A stretch of 64,000 bases of DNA, from NCBI GenBank assembly GCA_030059665.1, contig JANVYR010000002.1:192001-256000 (forward strand). The letters run 5' to 3'. Made by a program: the position numbers and the translations under genes. This document shows positions 9,513-19,317 of this stretch, one piece after another (the stretch's first letter is position 1; every line of letters starts with the position of its first letter). The notes beneath the pieces are model-generated. The model saw only the letters and a list, made by a program, of their open reading frames with translations. It made no database searches and was not told where the DNA came from. This DNA comes from Candidatus Calditenuis fumarioli (GTDB taxonomy: Archaea > Thermoproteota > Nitrososphaeria_A > Caldarchaeales > Calditenuaceae).

Positions 9513-12500
9513 GGCTGAAGGTCGCACTGCTCTTCGCGACGGTTCTCATCGCGATGCTGCTCCAGCCAGCGCACTCCCAGACGCAGCTCCCGCCAGGCGA
9601 ATCGGAGGACCTCGGCGTCTCGGTCCTTCCAGATGGGACGCTGACGGTCTGGTACGCGGCCGCCTACCCGATAGGGGCCCTCAACCGCTCCGCCACGCTG
9701 CTCGAGGAGCTGGGAATGTCAGGAGCTACAATGACGGTCTACTACGACGGCTCGCAGGGGCCGTTCACCCTCCAGCTGGAAATCTACGGCGAATCGCTCA
9801 ACGAGAAGAAATCGTCAGACCTGGCGATGACAATAGGCCGGGACCTCGGCATACCCCTCAGCCTGAACAGATCGACGGAGACCTCCCACATCTACACCGC
9901 AACGCTTTCCAGGAAGCAGCTTGAGGACCTGATATCCGAGCTCAGGCCGCTCACGAAATCCGGCGGGTTCTCCGCCAACTTGAACCTGGATTACCTCCGG
10001 AGGTTCAGGGGCTCCTACGTCGTGGTCGAGCTGGTCAGGATGGGCTGGGGGGTGTCCACGTCCTTCGAGGTCAGGGCCTTCGGGCCCACCCTCAACCAAA
10101 CCGGAGGAACGTATGTTGTGGACGTCCTCGCAGCGTTGGGGGTCAGCGAGCTCAGGCCCTCCGAGCAGGCGCTGATGAACGTGATGTTCGTGCCGCCGAT
10201 CGGATCCGACTCCGTCTCCTACTCGGTCTCACCTCCCTCTGCCAAGGTGAGGGACCTGGTGCCCGGACTGAACGTCCTGTACGTCCAGCTCAGCGGAGGC
10301 GAGGTCCTCAGGAGGTTCCAGGTGGAGTTCAGCTACAACGGCTCCTCCCTGACGGGCATAGCGGGGAAGCTCACCGACTTCATGGCCTTCGTCGAGGAAC
10401 TGGAGAGCTCCGGCTCCCTGGTGAACAGGACGTCCCACATGGTACCCACATCTGGCGGAGGACGGGGGACGGCTTCAACCGAGACCGAGAGCACCACGAC
10501 GGCCGAGACCGAGGCGCCTGCACCCGGTCAGCAGGGCGTAGAGACGCGGCAGACCACCACGACCACCAGGAACAGGGTCGGCTCCCTGCCGCCGGTCACC
10601 AGCCCGGAGAGGGGCCAGGCGATCGATCCCCTGCTGGTCCTCGGAATCGCGGTCCTCGCGGTGGCCGTAATAGCCCTCGGGACGGTCTACGTGAACCGCG
10701 GGAGCAAGCTGACGGCCAAGGGGGCTGCGACCGTAGCCCTCTCGACGCTGATGATCGCCGCCGTGGTGCTTCCGGTCCTCACGATGGACGTCGCGAACGC
10801 GCAGCAGGGTCTGGGTCAGGGAGGTCTGGAGCCGCTAGTCGAGGTGAAGCAGTTCAGGCCCGGAGGAGCCCCGCCGGACCTGGAGGTACCGCTGCTCTTC
10901 CCGGGCTTCAAGCAGATAGACAAGATCAGCAAGACCTTCATCTCCTTCGAGGAGATCAAGCTCCTCGCCACGCCCTCCCTCTATGCCCCGTACACGCCCC
11001 AGGGATTCGCGAAGCTCCTGGCAACGCTCGGCATAGATCTCAGGCTGATACAGGCCGCCGGGCTGATAGTGGGAGGAGGCCTCAACCCCCTCGGGATGTT
11101 CAAGGGGTTGACCCTGGCCCACGGAGGCACATCGGCCTTCATCGCCGGAGAGGCGGTCGGTGCCAACGTCTACCTGGTCTTCAAGGCCAAGCCCTCCTCG
11201 ACCCTCGAGTCGATGCTCGACGTCATAAACGCGGTCTACAAGATGGGCTACATCCTCTACCACTCGACGATCTGCTTCCCCGGTGACGGCTGCCTCCACC
11301 CGATAGGTCAGGCCATGATGATAACCGCAATCCTCGCGTCCGTGTACCTCGCGATAACCGCTCCGGGCTTCATGGTCTACGCCTACGCCTCCTACCCCTC
11401 GCTGGTCAACGACCTCTACGTGACGTGGGGAGCGGTGGACGGTCCAGTTGTGAGGGACAAGGAACGGGTCTGGCTGGCCGAGAACCGGTACATGGTCTCC
11501 CTTCCGATCCTGATAATGATCCTCAGGGCTCCCACTTTGTCCGGTTGGAGGGGTTCCAAGGGCCTTGCCGAGACGCCGATGACCGCGTCCTTCCACGTCT
11601 CTTCCGACGCGGACTCCGGGTGGAAGCTCACGGGGTTCCTGGGAGTCTACTCTGGGGACAGAGGCCTCAAGGTCGGCATCGACTTCAGGGACGCGATGGG
11701 GATATGGCAGCTCTTCCAGGTCATCTCGGGTGCGTTCTCCAGCACCTGGTCCAGCATGGCAGGCATCATCGCCGGGTCTCTGGGCGAGGTAGAGGCCACG
11801 CTGCAGCAGGCGGAGTCGTCGCTTTCGGCCATCGGCGCTGAGAGGAGCCCCTACCTGAGCAGTGCCCTCTCCAAGGTGCGTAACGCCATACAGCTGGTGA
11901 GGGACGCTCGGACGAAGCTGATCAGCTACAACTGCGCCGGAGCGATTTCGAACGTAGAAGGCGCGAGGGAGAACGTCGAAGGCGCCATTCAGGACCTCCA
12001 GGAAGCAGCGGCCAGCAGCCCAGCGCTCGGGCTTATGGTCCAGCCCATCATCCAGCAGTTGGAGAGGACCCTCGGTTCGCTGCAGGAGTTCGACGAGAGG
12101 ATAGCCGGCGTCTGCGCGCCCTTGAACTTCAAGGCCGACCCGCCGACTGACCCGGAGTCGCTTCCCGAGGAGCAGAAGTTGACGCTCACGTTCCTCGTGT
12201 TCACCGCAACCCCGCTCGTAACTGAGGCCGTCAACCAGAAGGGCTTCTCGGTCATCAGGCTCAGGGCCTACTACGGCTGGAACCCGTTCCCGGGGATCGT
12301 CCAGGGCGTTGCGGTCAAGGTGCGGTCCGTGTTCGAGACCGTCAGGTCGGTCGCCTACAACGAGCTCGACATGCTCTCAGAGGCCACCTCCACGATCAGC
12401 GAGGTCACCGAATCCGGGTTCAACACGGCAGCTGAGGGGTTGCTGGGCAACCTGGGGAGCTCCTTCGCTGGCGAGCTCATCGGGTCATTGAGCCAGGTTT

Positions 12501-13957
12501 TCGGTCCCCTCGTGAACATGATCAACGACGTCAAGTCGGCCCTCACCTCGCTCAAGGACAGGCTCGTCAGCTTCCTTGACAGGATAGCCGAGCAGATAAG
12601 GGCGGTCTTCGACGCCATCAAGCGCACCATCCAGCAGATCGTCGGCCAGCTCGTCTCGGCCATCACCAACCTGATCAGCTCCTTCGTCGGGTCCATCGTC
12701 AATGCCATCCTCGGCCCCCTCATAAGCGGGCTGGTGCAGCCGCTCGTCAGCCAGTTCAACTTCATCGGCCAGATGATCGGCCAGATCATCAAGGACATGA
12801 TAGAGAACTACATCAAGGAGCTGATCAACGACGTCATCCAGGACATAATCAACGAGCTGATGAAACCCATCAACCAGCTCCTTGGAGCAATAGACCAGCT
12901 GGTCGCGAAGATACTCGAACCGATCAACGCGATCAAGGAGAAGATTAACGAGTGGCGCCAGCAGATAATGGACGCGATCGACAAGTGGGCGGACCAGATT
13001 CTGGGTCCAATCTACAACGTCCTTTCGTTGGTCAAGGTGGACCTCAGCTCTCTCCCCGGATCCGGAGGTACGAGCAATCTGGGCTCCTCGGTGAAGTCCG
13101 TCATCAACGAGTTCGCTGGAGCGGCGCTGACCAAGGTCCGCAAGACCGTTGAAGAGGGGGTTAGGAAGCTGAACGAGCAGGAGAGGAAGATCCTCGGAGC
13201 CCTCGTGAGGGTCAGGGACGCGATGACCTACGCCTCGAGCATGATCAGGATACCGATCATAGGGAGAGGTGGGATGATGCAGGCCACACTGTTGGAGATC
13301 GGCGAGAGCGCTGTCTCCGACGACTACGGCTACCTGGGTGAGATAGCTGTGCCCCATGACCTCGTCAAACCCGTGGCCGGATGGTACAACGAGTTCACGC
13401 TCGTGCTGCACCCCGTCGGAGGCCTGGTGCCCTTCATGGCGGACTACAGCTACGCGGCTCCCTTCATACAGGACCTGATGGATCTGGTCGATGCGCCCCC
13501 GCCATCCGTATTGTGGGTGAAGGTCAACGAGGTCGGCCCGGTCCTCAGAGGGTCGAGCATCGACATCGCGATATTCGGTGACCCGGACAGGCCCTCTCTC
13601 CCCGGAGGCAAGGGCGTTTCGTCCACCTACTTCACGCTCCCCGACGGAACGACCGTCGAGCGTTCGATCGACGACGCACCGGTGATATCGCCGTATTTGC
13701 CCTTCCCGCCTGAAATCACGCCGCTCCTCTCGCCTTACCTCCCCTTCCCACCAGAGATCGGGCCGATGCTGTCACCTTACCTCCCGTTCCCCCCGGAGAT
13801 CACGCCGACCGCTTCTGTCGACGTTTTCACCAGACCCTACCAGGACCCCTCGGCACGAGGAGTGCCTCAGGTCCTCGTTCCCGCCGACACGGCCACAGGA
13901 ACGGTGCTTCTCTCTCCTTACCTGCCGTTCCCCCCTGAAATTACGCCCACGTCTTAG
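9509..13957 (+). CDS. 1482-aa secreted/membrane protein with internal TM hairpin, long amphipathic helical rod and C-terminal SPYLPFPPEI repeats
   Basis: N-terminal signal peptide (AHS|Q), Thr-rich linker, TM pair at about 10630-10800, amphipathic repeats at about 12400-13200, four C-terminal decapeptide repeats. Confidence 0.85.
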   Translation: MRLKVALLFATVLIAMLLQPAHSQTQLPPGESEDLGVSVLPDGTLTVWYAAAYPIGALNRSATLLEELGMSGATMTVYYDGSQGPFTLQLEIYGESLNEKKSSDLAMTIGRDLGIPLSLNRSTETSHIYTATLSRKQLEDLISELRPLTKSGGFSANLNLDYLRRFRGSYVVVELVRMGWGVSTSFEVRAFGPTLNQTGGTYVVDVLAALGVSELRPSEQALMNVMFVPPIGSDSVSYSVSPPSAKVRDLVPGLNVLYVQLSGGEVLRRFQVEFSYNGSSLTGIAGKLTDFMAFVEELESSGSLVNRTSHMVPTSGGGRGTASTETESTTTAETEAPAPGQQGVETRQTTTTTRNRVGSLPPVTSPERGQAIDPLLVLGIAVLAVAVIALGTVYVNRGSKLTAKGAATVALSTLMIAAVVLPVLTMDVANAQQGLGQGGLEPLVEVKQFRPGGAPPDLEVPLLFPGFKQIDKISKTFISFEEIKLLATPSLYAPYTPQGFAKLLATLGIDLRLIQAAGLIVGGGLNPLGMFKGLTLAHGGTSAFIAGEAVGANVYLVFKAKPSSTLESMLDVINAVYKMGYILYHSTICFPGDGCLHPIGQAMMITAILASVYLAITAPGFMVYAYASYPSLVNDLYVTWGAVDGPVVRDKERVWLAENRYMVSLPILIMILRAPTLSGWRGSKGLAETPMTASFHVSSDADSGWKLTGFLGVYSGDRGLKVGIDFRDAMGIWQLFQVISGAFSSTWSSMAGIIAGSLGEVEATLQQAESSLSAIGAERSPYLSSALSKVRNAIQLVRDARTKLISYNCAGAISNVEGARENVEGAIQDLQEAAASSPALGLMVQPIIQQLERTLGSLQEFDERIAGVCAPLNFKADPPTDPESLPEEQKLTLTFLVFTATPLVTEAVNQKGFSVIRLRAYYGWNPFPGIVQGVAVKVRSVFETVRSVAYNELDMLSEATSTISEVTESGFNTAAEGLLGNLGSSFAGELIGSLSQVFGPLVNMINDVKSALTSLKDRLVSFLDRIAEQIRAVFDAIKRTIQQIVGQLVSAITNLISSFVGSIVNAILGPLISGLVQPLVSQFNFIGQMIGQIIKDMIENYIKELINDVIQDIINELMKPINQLLGAIDQLVAKILEPINAIKEKINEWRQQIMDAIDKWADQILGPIYNVLSLVKVDLSSLPGSGGTSNLGSSVKSVINEFAGAALTKVRKTVEEGVRKLNEQERKILGALVRVRDAMTYASSMIRIPIIGRGGMMQATLLEIGESAVSDDYGYLGEIAVPHDLVKPVAGWYNEFTLVLHPVGGLVPFMADYSYAAPFIQDLMDLVDAPPPSVLWVKVNEVGPVLRGSSIDIAIFGDPDRPSLPGGKGVSSTYFTLPDGTTVERSIDDAPVISPYLPFPPEITPLLSPYLPFPPEIGPMLSPYLPFPPEITPTASVDVFTRPYQDPSARGVPQVLVPADTATGTVLLSPYLPFPPEITPTS
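13688..13942 (+). repeat. Four in-frame copies of the peptide SPYLPFPPEI
   Basis: Copies at 13688-13717, 13730-13759, 13772-13801 and 13913-13942. Identical amino acids, different synonymous codons. Confidence 0.95.
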
Positions 13958-13971
13958 GAGGTCGCGATGGC

Positions 13972-14793
13972 TTGAGGCGTAGCGAATCCGGTCTGAGCGT
14001 GGCCGTACAGACTGCAGCGATGATAGTGATAACTGTGGCCATAGCAGGGGCCATCGTAGCCCTGTGGAGGCCATGGGAAACGGGAAGTCAGGTCCAAGCC
14101 GGAGACATATCCTACGTCATGCAGAACGTCCATGAGGCTGTCCTCAGGCGAGAGGGTTCGGTCCAGCCACATTTCTCGCTCACGGTTTACCCGCTCAAGG
14201 AGACCCACAAAGTGGAAATCGAATGGAACGGCAATAGAATGCCTGTTATGGTGTCAGTAAGCACTATAGAATATCATGGCGACAAGATGAGACTCCCAGG
14301 CGTGTACTTCCTCGACAAGGGGAGCGTCGACGTTCTCGGGACCTACATCGCGGACAGGAAAAGGAACTACACGGTCAATGGGGTGGATACGGTATCCTAT
14401 GTCGAGTACGATGAAAAGGGGATGAAATACGTCGTCAAGGCCCTGCCATACGTTAACGTGGCCGTTGACAGAGTGTACCACGACGTTGTCGTTAACGTCA
14501 TGATAAGGTTCGTGGTGCTCGCGCCCTATCCGCTGAACGCGATGGAGTTCCCAGACTCGGTTAAGCGAGGATACACCATCGGAGCGGGGCAGATGATCAC
14601 CCTCAGGATGAACAACACCTACAGGTTCTACATGCAGCAGCCCGAGTCGGTGGGCGGAGGGACCCTCAGGCTCTACTTCGATGGCGAGCCAATCCTCAAC
14701 GCGCAGAACGAGGCCCTGGAGGTCAGGACTACAGAGCACACCATAGTGAGGGTGTTCGTGGACATGGTCGTGCTGAACGTATGGGGGAGGTAG
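13972..14793 (+). CDS. Minor pilin-like protein (class III signal peptide)
   Basis: MRRSESG|LSVAVQTAAMIVITVAIAGAIV. GGAGG RBS upstream of TTG. Confidence 0.75.
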   Translation: MRRSESGLSVAVQTAAMIVITVAIAGAIVALWRPWETGSQVQAGDISYVMQNVHEAVLRREGSVQPHFSLTVYPLKETHKVEIEWNGNRMPVMVSVSTIEYHGDKMRLPGVYFLDKGSVDVLGTYIADRKRNYTVNGVDTVSYVEYDEKGMKYVVKALPYVNVAVDRVYHDVVVNVMIRFVVLAPYPLNAMEFPDSVKRGYTIGAGQMITLRMNNTYRFYMQQPESVGGGTLRLYFDGEPILNAQNEALEVRTTEHTIVRVFVDMVVLNVWGR

Positions 14794-14794
14794 C

Positions 14795-15271
14795 TTGGCC
14801 TCGACCTACGTATACATCGTCACGATAGGCGTTCTGATGCTGATCGGCATGACTTCCGCATACCTCCTCATGCAGCAGGTCGGATCGATGACGTACGTCG
14901 GCCAGAGGAACGCCCTCGCGGTAGCGGCCTCGCACGTCCTTTCGGGGATGTGGAGCGCGGTGGAGGAGGCCAAACTCGTTCCCGGCGGGGGAGTGGAGTA
15001 CAAGGCCGTCTCGGTGGGGTTCTCGTTCAGGGCTGAGGTGGGGAACAGCCCGAGGACGGGCCAGCTCTCCCTCTGCGTCACGGCGTTCGGCATCGCCTAT
15101 GAGAGGCCTCTCCCCACCATTCCCGGTGTCACGTACAGGCCCTCGGGTTCGGGAGGTGAGGTGGTTACGATCAGGGCCTCCGTATCGGAAGGGTCGATCG
15201 AAATAACGCTTGGAAACATGGACCAGAACAGTCAGTTCACAGAGGGCCAGCCAACGGAATGCTTCAAATGA
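14795..15271 (+). CDS. Pilin-like protein with N-terminal hydrophobic helix
   Basis: MASTYVYIVTIGVLMLIGMTSAYLL. Coupled to the previous gene; no charged leader visible. Confidence 0.6.
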   Translation: MASTYVYIVTIGVLMLIGMTSAYLLMQQVGSMTYVGQRNALAVAASHVLSGMWSAVEEAKLVPGGGVEYKAVSVGFSFRAEVGNSPRTGQLSLCVTAFGIAYERPLPTIPGVTYRPSGSGGEVVTIRASVSEGSIEITLGNMDQNSQFTEGQPTECFK

Positions 15272-16746
15272 ACAGGACGCGCTGTTTTCTGCTTCTGCTG
15301 TCGTTGCTTATTTTGCAGCATATTGTCTATTCAACTGCGAACGCTTTAGAAGAGTCCCCCAACAACGGCCATGGGGTCAACTACGATTACCTGATCGAGT
15401 TCGGCCGGGACTGTGTGGCCGAGGTCAGGGTCCTGGTGAGGACATGGGACAGCGAGGCCAGGGCATGGATGCTCCTCCCGAGGCTCGAGAAGGGTTTCTC
15501 CACCAACGCGTCGTTGACAAAGGTGGAGGGTGCTAACCTGGAAGGCAGGAGGCTGGCGCTTTACGTGAACGTTTCGTTCCACCTTCCTCGTGGGACTACG
15601 GCCGCATTCAACTACTCGTTACCCCACGTCTGTCTGGTCCACCGCGGAAAGGCCGTCTTCCTCTCGCCGTTGATGGTGTTCTCACCCGGAGGCAGCGGAA
15701 CGGTATCCGTTAACGTGAACTGGCCCGGGTCGTCCTTCGCAGGAGCCGATGCCGCGCTCTCATCTGTCAGGAGATCGGATGACGGGTTCGGCGTCACCAG
15801 GAGGCTGCCGCTGCTGTCGGGAAGGCTCTCGTTCGTCTTCTCGGTCCCAGAAGAGGAGCTGAGGGAATACGTGAACTGCTCCCTGACGTTCGTCCTGCCC
15901 GAGAGGTACAGCTGGATCGCCGAGAGGTTGATGGCGTTCAATTCGAAGGTGGACGGGAAGCTCGCGGAGCTTTTCCAGCGAAAACCCTCGAGGTTGACGG
16001 TTTCGTTCTTCCTGCCCGACAGATACGACGAGGGGCCAGAGGGGTTCGTAACTCCGCCGAACGGCGACAGCACAGGAAGGATCTCGCTCAACCTCTACCT
16101 GTTGAGGATGGTCGACGGCATGCTCGAGGTCACCTTCCTCCACGAGCTCATCCACCAGTACCTCTTCGCGAACGGCGTCGGGGCCGGCGCCACCTGGCTC
16201 CACGAGGGTCTAGCGACCTACCTCTCGGTGAGGCTGGCGATGGGTACGGGGCTGGAGGCACCCGCGTACGTCCGTGAGCTGTTCGACTGGGAAAACGCGA
16301 GCCTTCAGGAACTCCGAGGCCTTCTCGGCTGGAGGCCGGGTGAGGAGAGGGGCAGGAGGTGGTACGCGATGGCCTACAGGGCCGTGGAGCTGCTCTTCTC
16401 GGCCGACAGCGACGGGATGAGGAAGGCCGTTTCCTCGCTCGGGGACGCAACGGTGAGGACGCCGGAGGACGCCGCGGTGCACGTCTTCGATCACCTCAAC
16501 GCAGAGGGGAGGAGTTTAATGATTGAGATGGGGCTGGTGAGCGCACAGGATCTCGCTCAGGAGATCGGCTCCGAGCCCATGACACCACGTAACGAGACGC
16601 CCGGGAGCGCTGTGATGAACGGCACCGCGCAGACGGTTCAGGGCATCCCACAAACCGTTACGCACGAGCACCTCGTTCTCGTGTTAGCGACCGTCCTGAC
16701 CGTATCGGTGATAGCGCTGATCCTGATCGACGTCAGGCGGACTTAG
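15259..16746 (+). CDS. Secreted, C-terminally anchored gluzincin-type metallopeptidase
   Basis: Signal peptide. FLHELIHQY followed by WLHEGLATY (HEXXH...E). C-terminal TM LVLVLATVLTVSVIALIL. Confidence 0.85.
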   Translation: MLQMNRTRCFLLLLSLLILQHIVYSTANALEESPNNGHGVNYDYLIEFGRDCVAEVRVLVRTWDSEARAWMLLPRLEKGFSTNASLTKVEGANLEGRRLALYVNVSFHLPRGTTAAFNYSLPHVCLVHRGKAVFLSPLMVFSPGGSGTVSVNVNWPGSSFAGADAALSSVRRSDDGFGVTRRLPLLSGRLSFVFSVPEEELREYVNCSLTFVLPERYSWIAERLMAFNSKVDGKLAELFQRKPSRLTVSFFLPDRYDEGPEGFVTPPNGDSTGRISLNLYLLRMVDGMLEVTFLHELIHQYLFANGVGAGATWLHEGLATYLSVRLAMGTGLEAPAYVRELFDWENASLQELRGLLGWRPGEERGRRWYAMAYRAVELLFSADSDGMRKAVSSLGDATVRTPEDAAVHVFDHLNAEGRSLMIEMGLVSAQDLAQEIGSEPMTPRNETPGSAVMNGTAQTVQGIPQTVTHEHLVLVLATVLTVSVIALILIDVRRT

Positions 16747-17576
16747 CCCTGCTCCTCGATCTTCGTGGTGTCGTATCCGAGCTCCTTCAGCCTCGTCACG
16801 TACTCCGATCTCAGCCTCTCGTACACCTCCTTCTTGACGCGACCGTCCTTGTACGCCAGCTCGAGGCTCGAGAGGAAGTTAAGGTATCTCGTGACCATGA
16901 CGTTCCGGCCCTCATCGATGACCTCCTTGGAAACCGCCTCGCCGCCAACCCTCGCCTCAACCCCTGCGGTCCCCTCCTCGACCTCAGCAGCTCCTTCATG
17001 GGGCTCAGTCACGGGGACGTATGTGGCCCTCTCCCACGTCGCACGCACCTTCATGCGTAGGACCTGGAAGCCCTCGCTCGGCCGCGTGAGGATCAGCTTC
17101 AACGTGAACGGAGATATCCTGCCCGACCACATCAACAGGCCGAGGAGTACCAGTGACGTGGAACCGATCGCAGCGATCGGGTAGTAGCCGGGAAGGAAAA
17201 CATATGCCGCAGAGACGGCCGCGATCATCGCTGCCAGCGTCGCGATCGTCTTCCGGTCGAGCGTGAGGTTCACGATGCCCCTGCTTGCCAGAAAGGTCGT
17301 CACCAGCAGCGCGATCACCAGACCTGCGACCCCTGCGGCCACGAAGGAGATCGCCGTGAAGAACAACGCGAAGACCGTGTAGAAGATCAGAACGTCAGGT
17401 CCCTTAGCGAGCGAGACGAAGGCGGCCAGTATCGCCACCTCGATGACGATCAAGACCAGCCCCAGGACACCGCCGATCGTATAGGCAGCACCGACCGCGG
17501 TCAAGAGGAAGGAGACCATGGCTATGTCCGACCTCAGTGCGTTCTTGATCCTCGCTCCTCCCGTGATCTCCGCCAT
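16743..17576 (-). CDS. Multi-pass membrane protein with C-terminal SHOCT/CdvA-like helix
   Basis: About 5-6 TM segments, then LELAYKDGRVKKEVYERLRSEY. Likely start MAEITGG at 17576 (track ORF begins at 17651). Confidence 0.7.
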   Translation of the reverse strand: MAEITGGARIKNALRSDIAMVSFLLTAVGAAYTIGGVLGLVLIVIEVAILAAFVSLAKGPDVLIFYTVFALFFTAISFVAAGVAGLVIALLVTTFLASRGIVNLTLDRKTIATLAAMIAAVSAAYVFLPGYYPIAAIGSTSLVLLGLLMWSGRISPFTLKLILTRPSEGFQVLRMKVRATWERATYVPVTEPHEGAAEVEEGTAGVEARVGGEAVSKEVIDEGRNVMVTRYLNFLSSLELAYKDGRVKKEVYERLRSEYVTRLKELGYDTTKIEEQG

Positions 17577-17738
17577 CGAATGCGAAAGAACTCGCCAAAA
17601 TAAAATTCTTTTTCTGAAAACAGTCCAAATCTGCCCATGCGGACAGCTCATCCCTCTCGTATGAGCGTCGAGGATCGAACCGTCCGTGGCGGGCGCAACA
17701 GGGGAACGTTTTTGAAGGGCTCAGGGGCATGAGGTTCG

Positions 17739-18425
17739 ATGGAGGGAGCGGTCAGAATAGCAGCGTCGGCCGTGATCGCCTTCATTGCGGCACTGGGGCT
17801 CGTCATCGCTTTCCCGGGGATCGTTCCCGGAACGATGAGGGTGACCACTGTTCAGGTTCCCGTGGTGGTAACGCAGACGCTCAGGGTGAACGTCACCCAT
17901 ACCGCCTTCCAGACCGTCCTGAAGGACACCGCAGGACCTGTGTGGGAGCTGGTCTTCGTCGAGTTGCCCCGCGAGCCACGAGAAGGCTCGATAACGGTGT
18001 ACAACGCGACGCTCGGCCTCGGACGCAGCGGTATAGCGGCGGCCATCGTGGTCAAGGCCCCTGACGGATACCAGTTCGCGCCGACGGTGAACGGGTTCGT
18101 GTTCAGGCTTGAGACCAACCTACCGGTAAAGGCTCTGGTGCTGTACTCCGACGTCTCGGTCCCCGTTGTGCCGGGGCTCGACAGGAGCAACTACAGGACG
18201 ATGCTCGCCGAGAAGGCCTTCTCGCCCACCGCGCTCCTGCCGTACCAGAACCCGAGGAGGGCCGACGCTTCACCGGGCGCCTTCACGCTCCAGCGCGAGC
18301 GGGGCAACTTCCAGCCGTATTCGTGGCTCGCGATCTGGCCGCTTTCGGTCTACTTCCACGGCATCGAGGGCCACGAGACGAAGGTGCGGGTCGTGCTGAC
18401 CTACAGCCTGGTGGAGGCGAGGTGA
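17739..18425 (+). CDS. Membrane-anchored/secreted beta-rich hypothetical protein
   Basis: N-terminal hydrophobic helix IAASAVIAFIAALGLVIAF, then a Val/Thr-rich stalk. Confidence 0.7.
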   Translation: MEGAVRIAASAVIAFIAALGLVIAFPGIVPGTMRVTTVQVPVVVTQTLRVNVTHTAFQTVLKDTAGPVWELVFVELPREPREGSITVYNATLGLGRSGIAAAIVVKAPDGYQFAPTVNGFVFRLETNLPVKALVLYSDVSVPVVPGLDRSNYRTMLAEKAFSPTALLPYQNPRRADASPGAFTLQRERGNFQPYSWLAIWPLSVYFHGIEGHETKVRVVLTYSLVEAR

Positions 18426-18426
18426 G

Positions 18427-19278
18427 GTGTCAATGTCATCCGGCACAGGTCTGAGGGGGCTCCCCGTCCTGCAGGTCTACAGGATGGACGACGACGTCTA
18501 CGAGAGGCAGCGTCGTATCTGGAACCAGGACAGAATAGGCGCGATGCGGGTCCTGGTGGGAGGTGCGGGCGCGCTCGGGAACGAGATCGTCAAGAACCTC
18601 GTTCAGATCGGGGTCAAGCGCGTTTACGTAATCGACTTCGACCGTGTGGTCGCGTCCAACCTTAACAGGTGCCTCTTCTTCCGGAGGAGCGATGCCCTCA
18701 GGAGGAGCAAAAAGGTGGAGGTGCTCGCGAGAAGGGCGAGTCAGATCAACAGCGACGTCGAGGTGGTCCCGATCCACGGCGACATCAGGGACCTGAGTGA
18801 CGACGTCATCAGGGACGTGGACATCGCGCTAGGTGCCTTCGACAACTTCCACGCAAGGCTGGTCCTGAACCTGCGGTGCTACGAGAGGCAGGTCCCCCTC
18901 ATCGACGGTGGCATCGAGGGACTGCTCGGGACGGTGCAGGTGGTGGTGCCTCCCTTCACGCCCTGCATCGAGTGCGGCATCACCGACATGGACCTCCAGC
19001 ACCTTTGGGAGAGGTTCTCGTGCGGCGGCGAGGCCACCGGGCTGGAGGGGCCGAAAATCCCGTACGTTCCGATGACGGGGGCGGTCGTCGCAGGCATTCA
19101 GGTCGCCGAGTGCGTCAAGGTCCACCTCGGGCTGGAGCGCTTCAAACGGGAGGGGAACTGGAGCGACAGCGTTGGCGAGCCCATGGCGGGCAAATCCCTG
19201 CTGATAGACCTCAGAACGGGTTCGTTCTACGCGTATGACCTCCAGCGGAGGAGCGACTGCAACGTCTGCTCTCTTTGA
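18427..19278 (+). CDS. Ubiquitin-activating E1-like enzyme (ThiF/UBA family)
   Basis: YERQ, VLVGGAGALGNE, DFDRVVASNLNR, Zn pairs CIEC and CNVC, candidate catalytic Cys in RFSCG. Confidence 0.92.
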   Translation: MSMSSGTGLRGLPVLQVYRMDDDVYERQRRIWNQDRIGAMRVLVGGAGALGNEIVKNLVQIGVKRVYVIDFDRVVASNLNRCLFFRRSDALRRSKKVEVLARRASQINSDVEVVPIHGDIRDLSDDVIRDVDIALGAFDNFHARLVLNLRCYERQVPLIDGGIEGLLGTVQVVVPPFTPCIECGITDMDLQHLWERFSCGGEATGLEGPKIPYVPMTGAVVAGIQVAECVKVHLGLERFKREGNWSDSVGEPMAGKSLLIDLRTGSFYAYDLQRRSDCNVCSL

Positions 19279-19317
19279 ACGGAGTAAGGTTATATGATCC
19301 AGTAAGGCACCACAATC

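Noticed and set aside
1231-19278. Reading the Ubl and E1 as a MoaD/ThiS-MoeB sulfur-relay or SAMP system
   Set aside because: A true E2 (HPN...C) and an Rpn11-like JAB are present, and no Moco, thiamine or rhodanese genes are nearby.
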